64,000 nt of DNA from Chlorokybus atmophyticus (taxonomy: Eukaryota > Plantae > Mesostigma and Chlorokybus algae), in the NCBI GenBank assembly GCA_009103225.1, contig RHPI01003369.1, positions 1,764,017 through 1,828,016 of the forward strand, read 5' to 3'. Under the pieces are notes generated by a model, which was not told where the DNA came from, made no database searches, and saw only the letters and a program-made list of their open reading frames with translations. Within the stretch, counting starts at the first letter, position 1. Every line of letters starts with the position of its first letter. Positions 27,375 to 40,570 of this stretch are shown one piece after another. The position numbers and the translations under genes are program-made.

Positions 27375-29896
27375 CCTTGTTTTACATTTTGAAATGAGGG
27401 TGACAACGACGATAACACTACCTCGGTAGGTGAGCACGGTGGCTGAGCACGTGTCACGCATTATAATGATTATGTGAGATCTTCTTGACATATTGGCATT
27501 TCATTACATAATGGCGTCTTTCATGTGCAAGATGCTGATTGTTTAATGCATTTGTTGTTAACAGCCCAAATAGCTACAAAGTTACCGCGCAACAACACGG
27601 CCAACAATGCGTTGGTACTACTCGTTAATCGGACGGCGGCGACACCATTGTTATGGCCGCTGGTGTCACAACAGTCTTAAGACATACAAACAATAAGTAG
27701 AGTAGCAGCAGGGAGAGGCATTAAGGGTTTATATACATGCACCATGCATAATAATGCCATGCAGATAGATTGCCACACATGCATGCGTGTTGCATAATTA
27801 CACTGACAAACAATATATCTTCATGGCCCACTCGTTGCATGCACACGTATAATCGCTAATTGCTATTGCTACCAATTGTCATCGTAATATGATGCATGCA
27901 TTTATATGCAGCCGCTGCAATATATACTAGTCACATGTATAGAAAATATGCATGGATTCGTAATTGTCGCCTTGCTGGCATGCGCCAACGCATGATTTTA
28001 TTACTTTCATGAACCTTAACTATACGAGAGATACAGGCATGCACAACCACATTAATCCACATTAAATTCTCATTCGCGCCTCCGGACAAGGGGGCCCTCT
28101 CACGAGCAACATGCAAAGTGCATGTCATCTGGCAAAGTTAAGGTTAACCCTCACGTTGGGTAACCCCAGTTTCTTTCACATGCATGATCAATGAATTTGC
28201 AATAGGAATTTCATAAAAAAGGAAAACATAGCAGATTCAAATTTGCGAAGCTTTTTAATTTATGTGTAAGATGATCATTGATGCAATTATCTACATGTTA
28301 CGTTCGTTGTTACATACATACAACATGCACGGTTAATGACGGATGGGTTGTGCAATGCACAATGTGCGTGCAATGAAGTCGTGTACTCAGAACAAGGTCA
28401 ATACGTAAATGTATATATGTATATACAAGCTCACATGTCTATGCAAGACAATGTATTTTATCGATTTGCTCTTGCATATATAGCATAATCCAACACACTT
28501 TTTAAGATGCAAAGTAAATATCTTGTTCACTATGGCAGTTAGCGGAAGTATTGCAATCAAACACTCAACATTATATGTCTTAATTTAACTGTATACCATA
28601 CCATTGACATGGCTTTAGCAAGTTGTTGAAGCCATGTTGGGATCAATGATGATAGCGCGTAATGCGGTGCAAATGATAAGCATGTACGTGTGCGCACGCG
28701 CATATACATAAACACTATGGGCATGCATATTCGCCACTGTATACACACATACGCACACACATCATTAACAACATGCAAAGCTTGTTGATAATTAGCATTA
28801 AGGTTAAGGGGGCCAGGCCACTCAGACCTTTGCAAAGTTGGTAAGATTAAAAAATGTCTGAAAGAGCAGGCCCTGCTCAGCAGAGCCATTGAGGAAGAGC
28901 AGGCGCATGTGCACAACTCAAGAGCGGCATTAAGGGCTGCAAGCTTGCTTTAGCTCGTGCTCTAGCTTAGGCCTGTTCTGTGAAATGTGGCCACTTAGCA
29001 TTAAGGTTTTGCACGGGAAGATTACTAGTCGTTGATCGTCCCTGATTAAGTGTGAAGTTGGCAACTTACTATTACATAGCATTATGTATCATAGAATAGC
29101 ATAGCATAACAGTACACAGTACACAGTAAAAACCTTCAGTGAGCCACATGTTGTGGCAGTCATTAGCATTGCATGCATAGGTGCACATACGTGGACTGTC
29201 TGTGCTCGCCGCATGTAATAACATTAGCCACAATCCTTGAGTGTCGTCAGTTGCTTACTTACCGTCCTTTTACGTATGCTCATCTTATTGTGCGTTGCTC
29301 CGCAGCTGCATGTGTAGCAGCCATTGACATAACATCCTATACTATGAATTATACCATATATTGTATATGAAGTGCATGTGGCTTTCATTTTCATGTTGCC
29401 AAGAAAACCACTTGAACATCGTTATTGTTGCATAGCATTTAACATTGCATAATGTCAGAGCTCAACGTGTGCAACATATCGATTTACATACCAATCTTTG
29501 TTGATAATATCAATTACGAACATGGTTACATTCATGAAATGAGGTATACATCAGTTCGCTTCAAGACCAAACGCTCAAGGCCACCTTGCAGATTCAGTGA
29601 TCAATCATTCAACCAACTCACTCTACCTTAGTCCAAGGTTTCCAGCATTGTGCAAAAGGAACAGTCAATGAGGCAGGATGAGTGAGCTTTGAGATCAGGG
29701 AACAAGGATCAGTGATCCATCCGTCTTCGCGTCGTACTCGGTTACCCTGGTAGCCCTCATCAGCATAAACTTCAATCATCCATCAAGTCGCCAACTTCTA
29801 ACCTGAGCCAGGTGCACGCAGGCGTCGTCGTCGTCGTCGTTGCCATCCTCCTCATCCTCCTCATTGTCTTGCTCGGCGGTGTCAATTCGTGCCGTC

Positions 29897-30813
29897 ATGG
29901 AGGAGATGGTTCAGAAGGCGACAACGGATCGCCGGCGCAACGAGGCGGCGCTGCTTGTGGCGGCGGAGGGCGACGCGGAGCTGCTGAGAAGGCTGGCCTC
30001 AGACGGAGCAGATCTGCGCCACGCCGACAAGCATGGTAAAGGGTTTGTGGGCTTGTATGGATGCTTTGGAGTGCTGGACTCTTTGTAAGATGGGTTGCGT
30101 GTTTGGTGCACAGCATGCAGGAAGCCCATGTCTTGCTGTTGTGTGATATTATTTCAGGCAATGCCTTGGGACAGTGCGCCAGTTGTTTGTTTTCGTGCCA
30201 AACACTGGTGCGGCTGGTCGTCATCGTCAAATAAGCATGCATGCATGACGTATGCACAACTGTTATAACCATGCAACGTGCGTTGTGCGTCGTGTGCAAT
30301 GCAAACGCAGCTTAAGTAGGCAAAAATCAAGTAGGTGGAGAAATCTTGGCATGCAGGTGTGCCATACTGAGCAGTTATATAGCAATGTACTTCAAAGTTC
30401 TGCATGATAGCGGTTATGGGGTCCAATGCAGGCAGCATGTCCTCAATCAACCATATTCTCAACTGCCCTACTTCAGCACCATACCACTATAACCAGTGCA
30501 TGCCACAATGGCATAGTACAACTGTGATCAGAATACATCACATTTGTGACATGTCTCTTTCAGGCCGCACAGCCCTCCACTTTGCCTGTACTCAAGGCCA
30601 CCTCTCCTGCGTCCGTTTCCTCTTCGAGCGCGGCTGCGACGCGGACGCCGACGACAAGGAGGGCCGCACGCCCTTGCACGCCGCCGCGCTGTTCGATCGC
30701 GCGGAGGTCGTGGAGTACTTGTGCGAGAAGGGGGCGTGGGTGGATCCGAATGACGCGAGGGATTGCACACCTCTTCACTTGGCATGCCGGAAGGTGAGTG
30801 CCTGCGTGCGTGT

Positions 30814-30907
<94 letters not shown>

Positions 30908-32941
30908 NNNNNNNNNNNNNNNNNNNNNNNNNNNNNNNNNNNNNNNNNNNNNNNNNNNNNNNNNNNNNNNNNNNNNNNNNNNNNNNNNNNNNNNNNNNNN
31001 NNNNNNNNNNNNCCCCCCCCCCCCCTCCCCCCCAATTTCTGGGTGGGTTCGCGTGCACGCATGCGCGTGTCTTGGTGGGGTGTGCGCAGACACGTCCCAT
31101 GTGTGTCCTGCATGGACTCGCACATGAACATGTGTGTCTACGCGTGTGCACGTGCTCTAAGTATGTGCGCTTGTGTGTCATCATGTGTCTTGGCTGCTGG
31201 CATCTAACCCTAAGTCACCACCAGTGACTGACTCTGCACTGGGGTTATATCACAGGCGTCGGTGACAACTGTCGAGCGACTCCTCGAGCACGGCGCATCG
31301 CACAAAGCCGTCAACAGAATGGGGCTCACGCCGCTGGGCGAAGCACTACTGCGCGGCCGAACAGACCTCGCAACGGTACGGCCAAAGTACAACTACACAT
31401 ACACATTGGCCTGAACACAGGCACACATGCACCTGACTTACCTATGCATGTATGCGCGCACCAACGCAGACACGCGTGCACGCGCCCAAGCACATACACG
31501 TACATGTACGCTCACACCCACACGCATATGCAATTATGTATGTGCTTGTGTGTGTGGGCGCACGCACGGACCCACGGACCCACGTACAGTTGATTTACAA
31601 TTGTACGACTCTGCGGCACACCGGGTTGTTTCATTTGCACCGTGCGTGCGGCCAGTGCTGAGACACAGTTCCTTCTCTATGACAGACATTAATATCACAC
31701 GGCGCCGATGTGCACGTGCGAGCCAAAGGGTACACCCTATTACATGTGACGGCAGCGCTTGGCCAGTTAGACTGCAGCAAGCTGCTTATGAAGCACGGCA
31801 TCAAGGCCGACGACACACTCAACACTGAGGGCTTCACTGCGCTCCACTGCGGCGTGTTGGGTGCACATGCCGCCAGCGTGACGCACATTTCATCCGCCAT
31901 GCTACATATGATCAACGCAGAGGACTTGTCCGGCCGCACTGCTTTGGACTTGGCAGAATCATCATCAAATGATGTTGTGGCTGAGTTGAAGCGGCGTGGA
32001 GGCAAAGTTGGGAGCAAGCAAAAGGTGGACACGCTTAAGACGGGTAGCGTGTCCTCCTTCCCATACACGGTGGAGAAGTTCAAAGCGCTGAGTAGCTTCA
32101 GGAGAACTGAGCTGCTGGAAGAGTGGGCGAAGATGACGTCGGGTGAGCTGCGCTTGCGAGGCGCTGACCCAACAATTATTCAGGTAAAGGGGGAAGGTTG
32201 GTGGTATTGTGTACATGTTGGGTTGATGCAAAGCTGCCTGTTGGGTTGAGAAGTTGTAGTGATTGGCAGCTTATGTATTGACTCACATGTTGGGTGCAGG
32301 AGGTTGATCAAGTACGCCAGCGAGCTCTGATGAAGAAGGTTGAGGATGCCATTGAGTTCGTGCGCAGGGATGAGGACTTCATGGACCGCGTGCATGACCC
32401 GAAAACAAACAAGGCTTTGATGCAGATCAGAGACAACATTCACAAGGCCAACGACTACGTTGGCAACGAGGGCGTGTTAATTGTAGTCAAGCGGCTGCGC
32501 ACTCTCCAACTGCAGTGCAGAGATATTGGCGTCCGGGTGGAAATGACCCAACTCATTGACGAGTTTTGCGGCCCAAAGCCCACAACTTCAAGGACAGATT
32601 CAGCCACTTTGCGCCAACGCAGCGAGAAGAAGTCCTTGCCACAACAAGTTGATGTTGAGAATGAGAGGTTGGAAGCTGAGAGGAGGCAAAAAGAGGCTGA
32701 AGAGCGTGAGCTTGATGAGATGTTCCCCGAGCCGCCTCCAATAAATTGGCGGGCTTTCTGGAAGAGGACTTTCTACTGGCAGATACTTCCCATGCTGGTG
32801 GTGTTCATCTACTTCAGGTTCTTCAGCGATAAAGCCGAGTTGGATCCATCCTCAATGTCGGAGCGCATGCAGCAGGCCGCACAGGCCGCAAGCAAGTACG
32901 TGCAAAAAGAGGAAGAGGGTGATGAGTGGGACTATGAATAA
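29897..32941 (+). CDS. Ankyrin-repeat protein with an STI1/DP-like domain and a C-terminal TM helix
   Basis: Ankyrin repeats (GRTALHFAC...GRTPLHAAA...CTPLHLAC...GYTLLHVTAALG...GFTALHCG...GRTALDLA); DFMDRVHDPKTNKALMQIRDN...VLIVVKRL; TM segment FYWQILPMLVVFIYFRFF. Confidence 0.85.
30815..31011. repeat. 93-nt poly-C tract followed by an assembly gap, inside an intron
   Basis: C run at 30815-30907; Ns at 30908-31011. Confidence 0.95.
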
Positions 32942-34609
32942 GAGCGGGCTTAGAGCAGCTGCCAAGAGTGAGTTGTAGAGTTCTGGAGTCACAGCAAATG
33001 CAATGCACATGGTTGGGCTGTGTATAGGATGATGATGTGCCGTGTAATGCATGATGACGATGATGGCACTACACAAGCAAAGTCGTCATGGGTTACAAAC
33101 AGGTACTTAAATACCAAGGCTCTATAACCATTTTTCAATTACATCATGACGGCTGGATGGTGTCTCGCACTGCGTGTCTGGGGCATCACAACAACCGTTG
33201 GGCATCAACTGACATGGTGCATGACGAGGTGGTCGCCATCATGGCGCAGACCTGCTTCACAATGAGCCGCGAGCATACTTGCATCAGCGGCGCCTGTCTA
33301 TGGGGAGCCCCTAGCACAGTGACACAATGCGATGTAGTTATGTCCCATGGTGTACATGCAAGGCAGAGATCCCCAAGTCATGCAAAGAAACACAGAAACA
33401 CATCCCAAGGAGACAGCACGCAGCGGTGGAATGAGTGCACTGGCTTGTCATTGACAGGTGTCTACTACACAGAAAAACCACACACCCAGGCAGGCATCTG
33501 ATGCCGTTTGACATCCTTCACATCAAGGCAGCTTATAATCGACATGAGAATGGCGCCATGCATATGTCTATGATACCGTATGCATCATGTGTGGCACAGC
33601 CTATTAGTTAGAATGCATCGTGCCCGACAAGCGTCAGTTATTCGCAGAGCTGCCATCGTACATTGCATGCGCGGCGTGGGTGCAAGGCATGGGCGTGGAG
33701 GTTGTTGTGGGAGGTGTAACATGTGCTAGGTGTGATATATTACATTGTCGGTTGCACACCGCGCCGGATATATCCATCCGGGCATTGCACATGAACGTTG
33801 GAACCGTGGGTCAGCATGCGCACTGGGGTGGTCGCTGATCGTGCCTGCTGCTGGCCTGCTCTCCACTACTTGCCTTTGCATGTTTGTTTCCTTCGTTTTG
33901 GTTGCGTTTTCGGTTTGTAGAGGCCCTTGCCAGCCCATTGCATCTTGCTTGCATTGCTGTTGTTGCTGTAGCTATTGCTCTTGCTGCCTACACTGCCATC
34001 ACCGTGCTGTGCATGTGTGCTTAGTTTTCATTCGGTTCTTCTACTCTTGTACTTTATTTTTGTGCGTATATTACTAGGATTTCAACATACGTGATGTGGG
34101 TGACAACTACTATGTGGACAAGAGATAGTATGTTGCGTTTTGGCGTGTGCTATGTAAAAAGGTCCTAAATACTTGTTTTGGCGTATGCGCATGACATGCA
34201 AGTGATGTGTGCAACAAGCGTGTACAATGTACACTTTGTGGTAGGAGCAGCACAGCATGCCACGCCCATGTACACATGTAACGCTTATGTGTGTTGTCTG
34301 TAGTTGTATACACTTACATCGGCACTGATGCGCTATGTGTATCAATATGTAGATAACCAACATGTACATGCTAGCAAACGTCTAGCAGTTAGCAAGACAA
34401 TACGGTAGTTATAAGTCATCATTAAAACTGAACTGCTCAATGAGAGATGACTGGGCCCTGGAGGCTAGCGTGCTGATGCTCAAGCAAGTGGACTGAGCAG
34501 TTAACCCGGTTGAAGGCGATTTGGTGTCCAATCCCCAGCAACTGCATCGCGGTGCGTACGTGTGTCGCAGCAACTCAAGCTGCAAACTGTGTTGGCTGAT
34601 GTTGGCGCA

Positions 34610-36348
34610 TCAGTCACAGGTGTCCTTTGCAGGGATGCCACGCATCCGAAACCACTCAGGCATCTTAAACCTATCCACCAACATGGGCCTAACGTCCTTC
34701 TCCTCAGCCAACTGCTCCAAGAGCGGCAGCAGCGTGTTCTCCAACTGCATGCGAAACACAGCAGGTTAGCCACGTACTACCATCCAAGGAACAACATGCA
34801 TACATGAGTAGCACACAGCATAAGCTTCGCACGAACCAATATTGGCTGCGTAACAAACCTCTCTATCACTGGGGTCGCCGGTGAATGACACGCAAGGGAT
34901 GCCATTGCCGGGCTGCAGCAGGAAGGAAAATGGGTTGTTATCTACAAGAACTGTGCGTCTGAGATCCCGCCCCAGCTTGGACAAGTCCTTCACATGATCC
35001 CTATATGACCTGCATGCGCCGGTTTTGAAAAAGCAGTCCACAGACACAGCTGCGCACCATTTGCAACATACAGCAAAATATACTCACGTGCTAACTGTCG
35101 CATTTCGGTACAATCGATACTTGATTGTGCCCTCTGGGTCAATTCTATTGATCAAAGGGTGTGCGTAACCTGCAAAGCAACGAGAGGTTTAGTTAGGCAA
35201 AGGTGCACTGCAATCCCGCAGCAGTCAGCAAGAAACACATGCTTGTGCTTCGCAAGCGTGTACCTTCTAAACCAGCAGTAAACAAGACAAGATCTGCAAA
35301 ATCGCTCAAACGCTTCAGGAACGTCTCCAGCCCGGGCCTTTCATACACGATGATGGCATTGCTGCCAGTGGTTCTTCTCAGCTGAGGAGCTCCCGACTGC
35401 TGCTGCTGCTCGATAGCATCAGCCTGCATCAAGTAAGACAATATGGTCAGGTACTACGAATGCAACAAAGCTATGCCCTTTGCTGGGCAATACGACAGAC
35501 ACGCACTCAAACACTCACCTCGGGGGTTGTCACCGCATTGCAAGTGAGGTTGAAACACCTCATCCCTCGCATTGCCGCAAGATTTTGTGCGTGTGAAGCA
35601 GCGCCCGTGCAGTTGTACGCGCAAACAAGCGTCTCGTCCAAATCAAGAACAACCTGAAAAGACAGGGCAATGGTGTAGCAGTAAGTGACACTGATCGTAT
35701 GTTCATGCATTGCTGCGGCCATGGCAATGAGCTACACAAGCATACCGTCAATCTGTCAGCGTGCTTTTCCGGGAGAGGGGGGAGCAGGTGCTTGGGGTCC
35801 TTGGCAACGTGAGCGGAGGGGTTGTTGGCCCTGTTGGCCACGGCGGTGGCGGAGGCGGCCAGCAGGGAGCGGCAGAGCAGCATGAGGGTGGCGAGCTGGT
35901 AGGTGGCGGCACCGAGCAGGCAGCGAGCTAGTCTGGGCAGCGTGAGCGCAGCATCCGTCATGCACCGCACGACGCAGCCGTCCCTGGCCACCACCTCCGC
36001 CGTGTTGCCCCCAACCATACCATCGCCCCCCACGGGCCCCGACTTCGCCTGCGCCTGCACCCTTACCAACGCGGCCGATAACGGCCCCATCGACAACCCC
36101 TCGGCCGTGATCATGCCCCCTCCCTCCATCGCCGTCGCTGCCGCCGCCGCCCCCATCGCCCACGTCACAATTATCCTCACAAACCCTAACCACAGCCCAA
36201 CACTCACAGTGCTGTTCGCCCACACCCACACCCTCGCCCACACCCAACGTAACGTTCTCCACCCCGCCACTCTCCCGCCGCACCTTCGTGCCAGCTGGCA
36301 GCTCCGCCCGGATCTGCCTGCCGAACCCGCCGGCCACCCGCCTGCCAC
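34610..36348 (-). CDS. SCP/CTDSP-like small CTD phosphatase (NIF/FCP1 HAD family); start uncertain
   Basis: VVLDLDETLVCAY, YERPGLETFL...LVLFTAGLEG, HVKDLSKLGRDLRRTVLVDNNPFSFLLQPGNGIP, and last exon LLPLLEQLAEEKDVRPMLVDRFKMPEWF. Confidence 0.9.
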
Positions 36349-38044
36349 ACCCCGCTAACCAGAGCCTGACACACTGCCATAGGCACTTGTCTGACACACA
36401 TGAAAGAACCGCCACAAAACTTTTTTCCTCGCCCCGCCTGCAAAGTCTGCGATCCGGCGCGCGAGAACGCAATCCAACTTTTCTGTTATCGCAGGTAGTT
36501 GACTTGAACCGGTCAAGGGCGATGATAGACTATATACTGCTATCATTGCCAATTTCTCACCGGTTATTAGACATGTTATACAGGAGCATTGCATCGAGTT
36601 GCTTGGGTCATTGGCCGATTGTTGGTGCGGATTGCCCCAGGCAGGGGAGTACAGGCCAGCAGGCAGGGGAGTACTTTTGTCAGCAACTGTCAGGTCTGCC
36701 CACACAGAAAAGTTTTATCCACTGCCTGCCATGATGGCCCGGTCGTCAGTGATGGCAACGTCATTGCGGCGTATCTTCCGAGCAGGGGTCACGTGCGACA
36801 GCCGACGGCTGCGATGCGGGTGGTTGAGGCGACGCCCTTGCGCAACCGTCCAATGCATACTGCTGTTAGGATCGTACACGACAATGATGCCTTACCTCGC
36901 AAGATTCCGCGCGCTCCGTACCAAGTGCCTGCGCTCGCAAGAATATGGCTCTGACGTCAGCACGAGTACCAACCTCTCTCTCCTTCGGAAGGAGGAGTCC
37001 TTCCTGCATGCATGCCTACCCTTGCTTAGAGCACATTTGACCATTATACTACTTTACACACGATGTGCGATATACATTACTTTTGTTACAAACCATAATC
37101 CTACCTACAGTCCAACTTTGGCAAGAACACCTAAACCCTACGATGCGACTCGCTCATCGTTTAGGTTATGGTTTATACAATGAACAACTGTAGATGCATC
37201 ACATTCGGGACGTACTAGCGGTGGTCGATGAAGATGCATATAGCCGTCGATGTAGCAGAGGGATCGTACCGTTGGTAGCACTTCACGTGTTAAATCGAAT
37301 CCAACAAGTATGATAGAAACGCATCGCGTTCCACGATCTCAACGCATCGCGACTTGGACGCGTGGTCGCAATCATAAGCTATCTCACAATGCCGCTGCGT
37401 TGCAAGCGCGGCGCAAGCGGGTGGGGTCGGGAAGGGCGAAAAACTCGACCGCCGCCAACGACAACGCCAACAAAGTGACGGCCCCACACACTGCGACTGC
37501 TTGCCACGTGTGCCTGCAGTAGTAGTTTTCGTAAACCCCACTTTTAACTTATTTTCTTAAATATTGATTAGCAGTTTGTTGTATCGTTCTGCACTGACCA
37601 ATGGCCAGCGCAGACGAGTAATACCCATTATACTACTTTACACACGATGTGCGATGTACATCACGTTTGTTGCAAACCATAATCCTACCTACAGTCTAAC
37701 TTTGACAAGAACACCTAAACCCTACGATGCGACTCGCTCATCGTTTAAGTCATGGTTTACACGATGAACAACTGTAGATGCATCAAACATTCTACCGCAC
37801 CCTCCCAAGTGTATAGTCGTAGGTAAGGGTTACGAGTGTAGGGCTTGGTGTAGATATTCACCAAAGTTGCAATTAATAGTTGATGTTGTACATCATGTGA
37901 TACGATTGACAAGAAATTGTTTACGTGCAGATGGATTTCGCACAGCGTTTGCAGTAAAATGTTAACGCTCGACGCACAGCACGCACAATTGTTCAACCCC
38001 AACAACTCCTCATCGGCAATCTGCGAGAGCAAGTGTAATTAGCA

Positions 38045-39124
38045 TTGCAACATGTGGAGCGTATCAGTCGCGAAGCAATATGTAATGACACTCGCAACCA
38101 GCACGATCGCGTCTGGCAAGAGACTGCAAACTACCTGCAACATCCCGAGCTGAACATTGCTATTATTAACGTCACTCCAGCAGTTGTCACCAGCTACCTT
38201 GACAAACACTGGATCGACACGCACATTGGCAAAGCTCGCAGTGATCGCTGTGGCCATCGCATGATTGCTAGCACTACTCTAGACAACGTCATCTCACATC
38301 TTACGTGCTCATTCAGATTGTTTGGGCGCATTAGCCCTTGGGACAATGACAAGTCTACAGGGAACCCTTGCCTGTCCATGGATGTACGCGAATTTCGTCT
38401 TGGCTATGCCAAAATTTCAGCTCGGCAAGGTGTACAACCTATTCCTGCTGTACCGTTGGCAGCGGATAACATGCGCACCCTGATTCAATACTTTCAGCAC
38501 CAGCTGTCTGCTCAACCTCACCCATCATCTGTCACGCATGACAAGGCCGTGCTCTGGCGTGACTATGCACTGTGCATAGTCACGTGGTGCACATGGCAAC
38601 GGGGTGGTGAAGGTGCGCGTTTACAAGTGCACGAGATACAAGCGGCAGATGTGGGGCTGACGGCCACAATAACACATTTCAAGAACTACAGCACTAAAGG
38701 TGCACCCACCATACAAGTGCGCAGCAGTGGTCTGCCTGTGGAGTTCTCTAAAGTGCTATATCGATATCTAACCTACTGTCACGGTAGCGCCTTTGCCATT
38801 ATCGCTGGTCCATTATTTCGACCTGCTGCCAAGAGCAGGTTGAAGTGGGAGGAACACAGCATGTCTGGCAACTGTGCCTATCATGCTTTTGTGCGCTATT
38901 GCAAGGCATGTCGCATTTACAGGCCGCACCTGGGGTTGCATTCCTTCAGGCGTCGTGCCGCTCAGAGCGCTATCCATTCCGGTGTTACTCTGGAAGAAAT
39001 ACAAGCTCAAGGCACATGGGGAACATCTGTCATCATGCAGCGTTACCTTCATGAGAGGTATGCTCACCCATTGCACAAAGGCACCAATGTATGGGTAGCG
39101 TCCAGGATTAATTCTGTAGTCTGA
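38045..39124 (+). CDS. Tyrosine recombinase of the YR retrotransposon (intact ORF, 359 aa)
   Basis: WQRGGE (R), HFKN (K), LHSFRR (HxxR), GTW and QRYL (Y). Confidence 0.9.
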   Translation: MQHVERISREAICNDTRNQHDRVWQETANYLQHPELNIAIINVTPAVVTSYLDKHWIDTHIGKARSDRCGHRMIASTTLDNVISHLTCSFRLFGRISPWDNDKSTGNPCLSMDVREFRLGYAKISARQGVQPIPAVPLAADNMRTLIQYFQHQLSAQPHPSSVTHDKAVLWRDYALCIVTWCTWQRGGEGARLQVHEIQAADVGLTATITHFKNYSTKGAPTIQVRSSGLPVEFSKVLYRYLTYCHGSAFAIIAGPLFRPAAKSRLKWEEHSMSGNCAYHAFVRYCKACRIYRPHLGLHSFRRRAAQSAIHSGVTLEEIQAQGTWGTSVIMQRYLHERYAHPLHKGTNVWVASRINSVV

Positions 39125-39129
39125 TGCAC

Positions 39130-40570
39130 GCGCACCTCGTTGAAACCAATCAGGTCGTGAGCCCAACCTTTTAAAATAAGTTAAAGGCCAATTGCGAAAC
39201 ACTAGCCACCACACAGCTGAGTGCCATTTAGGCACCAACACCACAGCTGGCAATTGGTAATATTGTAATAACGATATGGCTTCATGCAGGAGAGCTAATG
39301 GCGGGTTACACCAAACAAATCCTCCACCCAAGCGTTTAAGGACGTAATGCCAATTTATAGTTAAAGCATTGCCCAAAGTTCCAGGCATATGTATGTAGCT
39401 AAAATAAGCAGGCGCTTTGGTGCTCCAATCAGCTGCAAAACAATCCAATGCAGGTTGTCCCACACGCTGCTTCACACGCGCATCTGCATGTGATGTGAGG
39501 GCCCAATCTTCTCTGTCGACCAACTTAGGTGATGCGTCCGCTACATGCAGCTGATCGCGAGAGCGCCACACACACATGCCACCGCAATATCACGCTCCCA
39601 ACATAAAGACCATAATTGAAGTGATGCTTGTAGCACATAAGGCTCAGAAGCAGACAACTTGTTCAACATCTGTATCGCTGGTTGACAATCACCAATAATG
39701 CGCACTGTACAATGGCAAAGATCATGCGTGCGCGCCACTTCAGTAAACGCTTGCACATAAGCTAGAGCTTCCTTCACTGCTGAAGGCAGCGACATGTGCT
39801 CCGGCTTAAAATTGCCCGCCATGCGAGGCCAAGGTCCAGTTGCCCCCCAACCAATTGTGCCAGATGCATCAACATGTAACTCCATCACCACATGTGGCTT
39901 CCACATCCACCAAGCATTGCCATTGTAGTCTGCAACCCAGCAGCAATCCAATCGCAGAAGTGCCTGAAGGCGTCCGAATTGCCCACATTCTCGTCCCATG
40001 CAACTGTAGCTAATGCAAAACGCATCAATTGCCGAGCATGAATGCTAGCAGGCGCAAACACCAACTTCATCGCGACAAGCTGTCCAGCAATTCTTGCCAG
40101 GTGGCGCTTGGTGATCACAGGAGCTTGTGCAGTTTCTTGCATCAGTTTTAACAATCTAGCCAGCTTGTTCATTGGTATGGAAAAGAAGCCGGTTACTGTG
40201 TCCACCAACAGACCCAACAATTTCACCACTTGCTCCGGCCACAATTAGCTTTTGCCAATAGAGATAAACATTCCGAGCGATTCGAAAAGGCGCAGTACGC
40301 GACGAATGCGCCAGCATAGATGCCAACGATTGGAATGGCTGAGAGATGCATGTCATCAATATATGCAAGACAGGGAACGCCCATCACCTGCAAAGGTGTA
40401 AAAATTGTGGACATCAAGGTCTTAAAAAAACAACATGCCTGATTCAGGCCAAATGGCAACACATTCCATCTGTATGTGACTCCAGCAAATCGCAAAGCCA
40501 AGAAAGGCTTACTGTCCTTATAAATGGGCACATGATGAAACCTCGATTTTAGATTGGGTGTAACTTGCCA
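39130..40570 (-). pseudogene. Frameshifted RT, RNase H and Dam-like methyltransferase of the YR element
   Basis: (D>N)LKSRFHHVP...VLPFGL...YIDD; LHVDASG...KEALA...IIGDCQPA; LDCFAADWSTK...WCNPPLALL...VLVPKWHSAVWW. Confidence 0.9.

Noticed and set aside
25748-27392. Short ORFs inside the TRIM copies
   Set aside because: Non-ATG starts, lengths and frames not conserved, and no Gag/Pol similarity.
29640-29800. Possible C/D snoRNA upstream of the ankyrin gene
   Set aside because: Only loose box-like words; no terminal stem or recognisable rRNA guide.
30528-31227. Poly-Pro/poly-Gly ORFs in all six frames
   Set aside because: They are translations of the intronic poly-C tract and N gap; the true exon ends at the AAG|GTGAGT donor.
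33150-33400. HDEVVAIMAQ...CDVVM resembling a retroelement restriction-like endonuclease fragment
   Set aside because: Too short and degenerate; no RT or zinc-finger context nearby.
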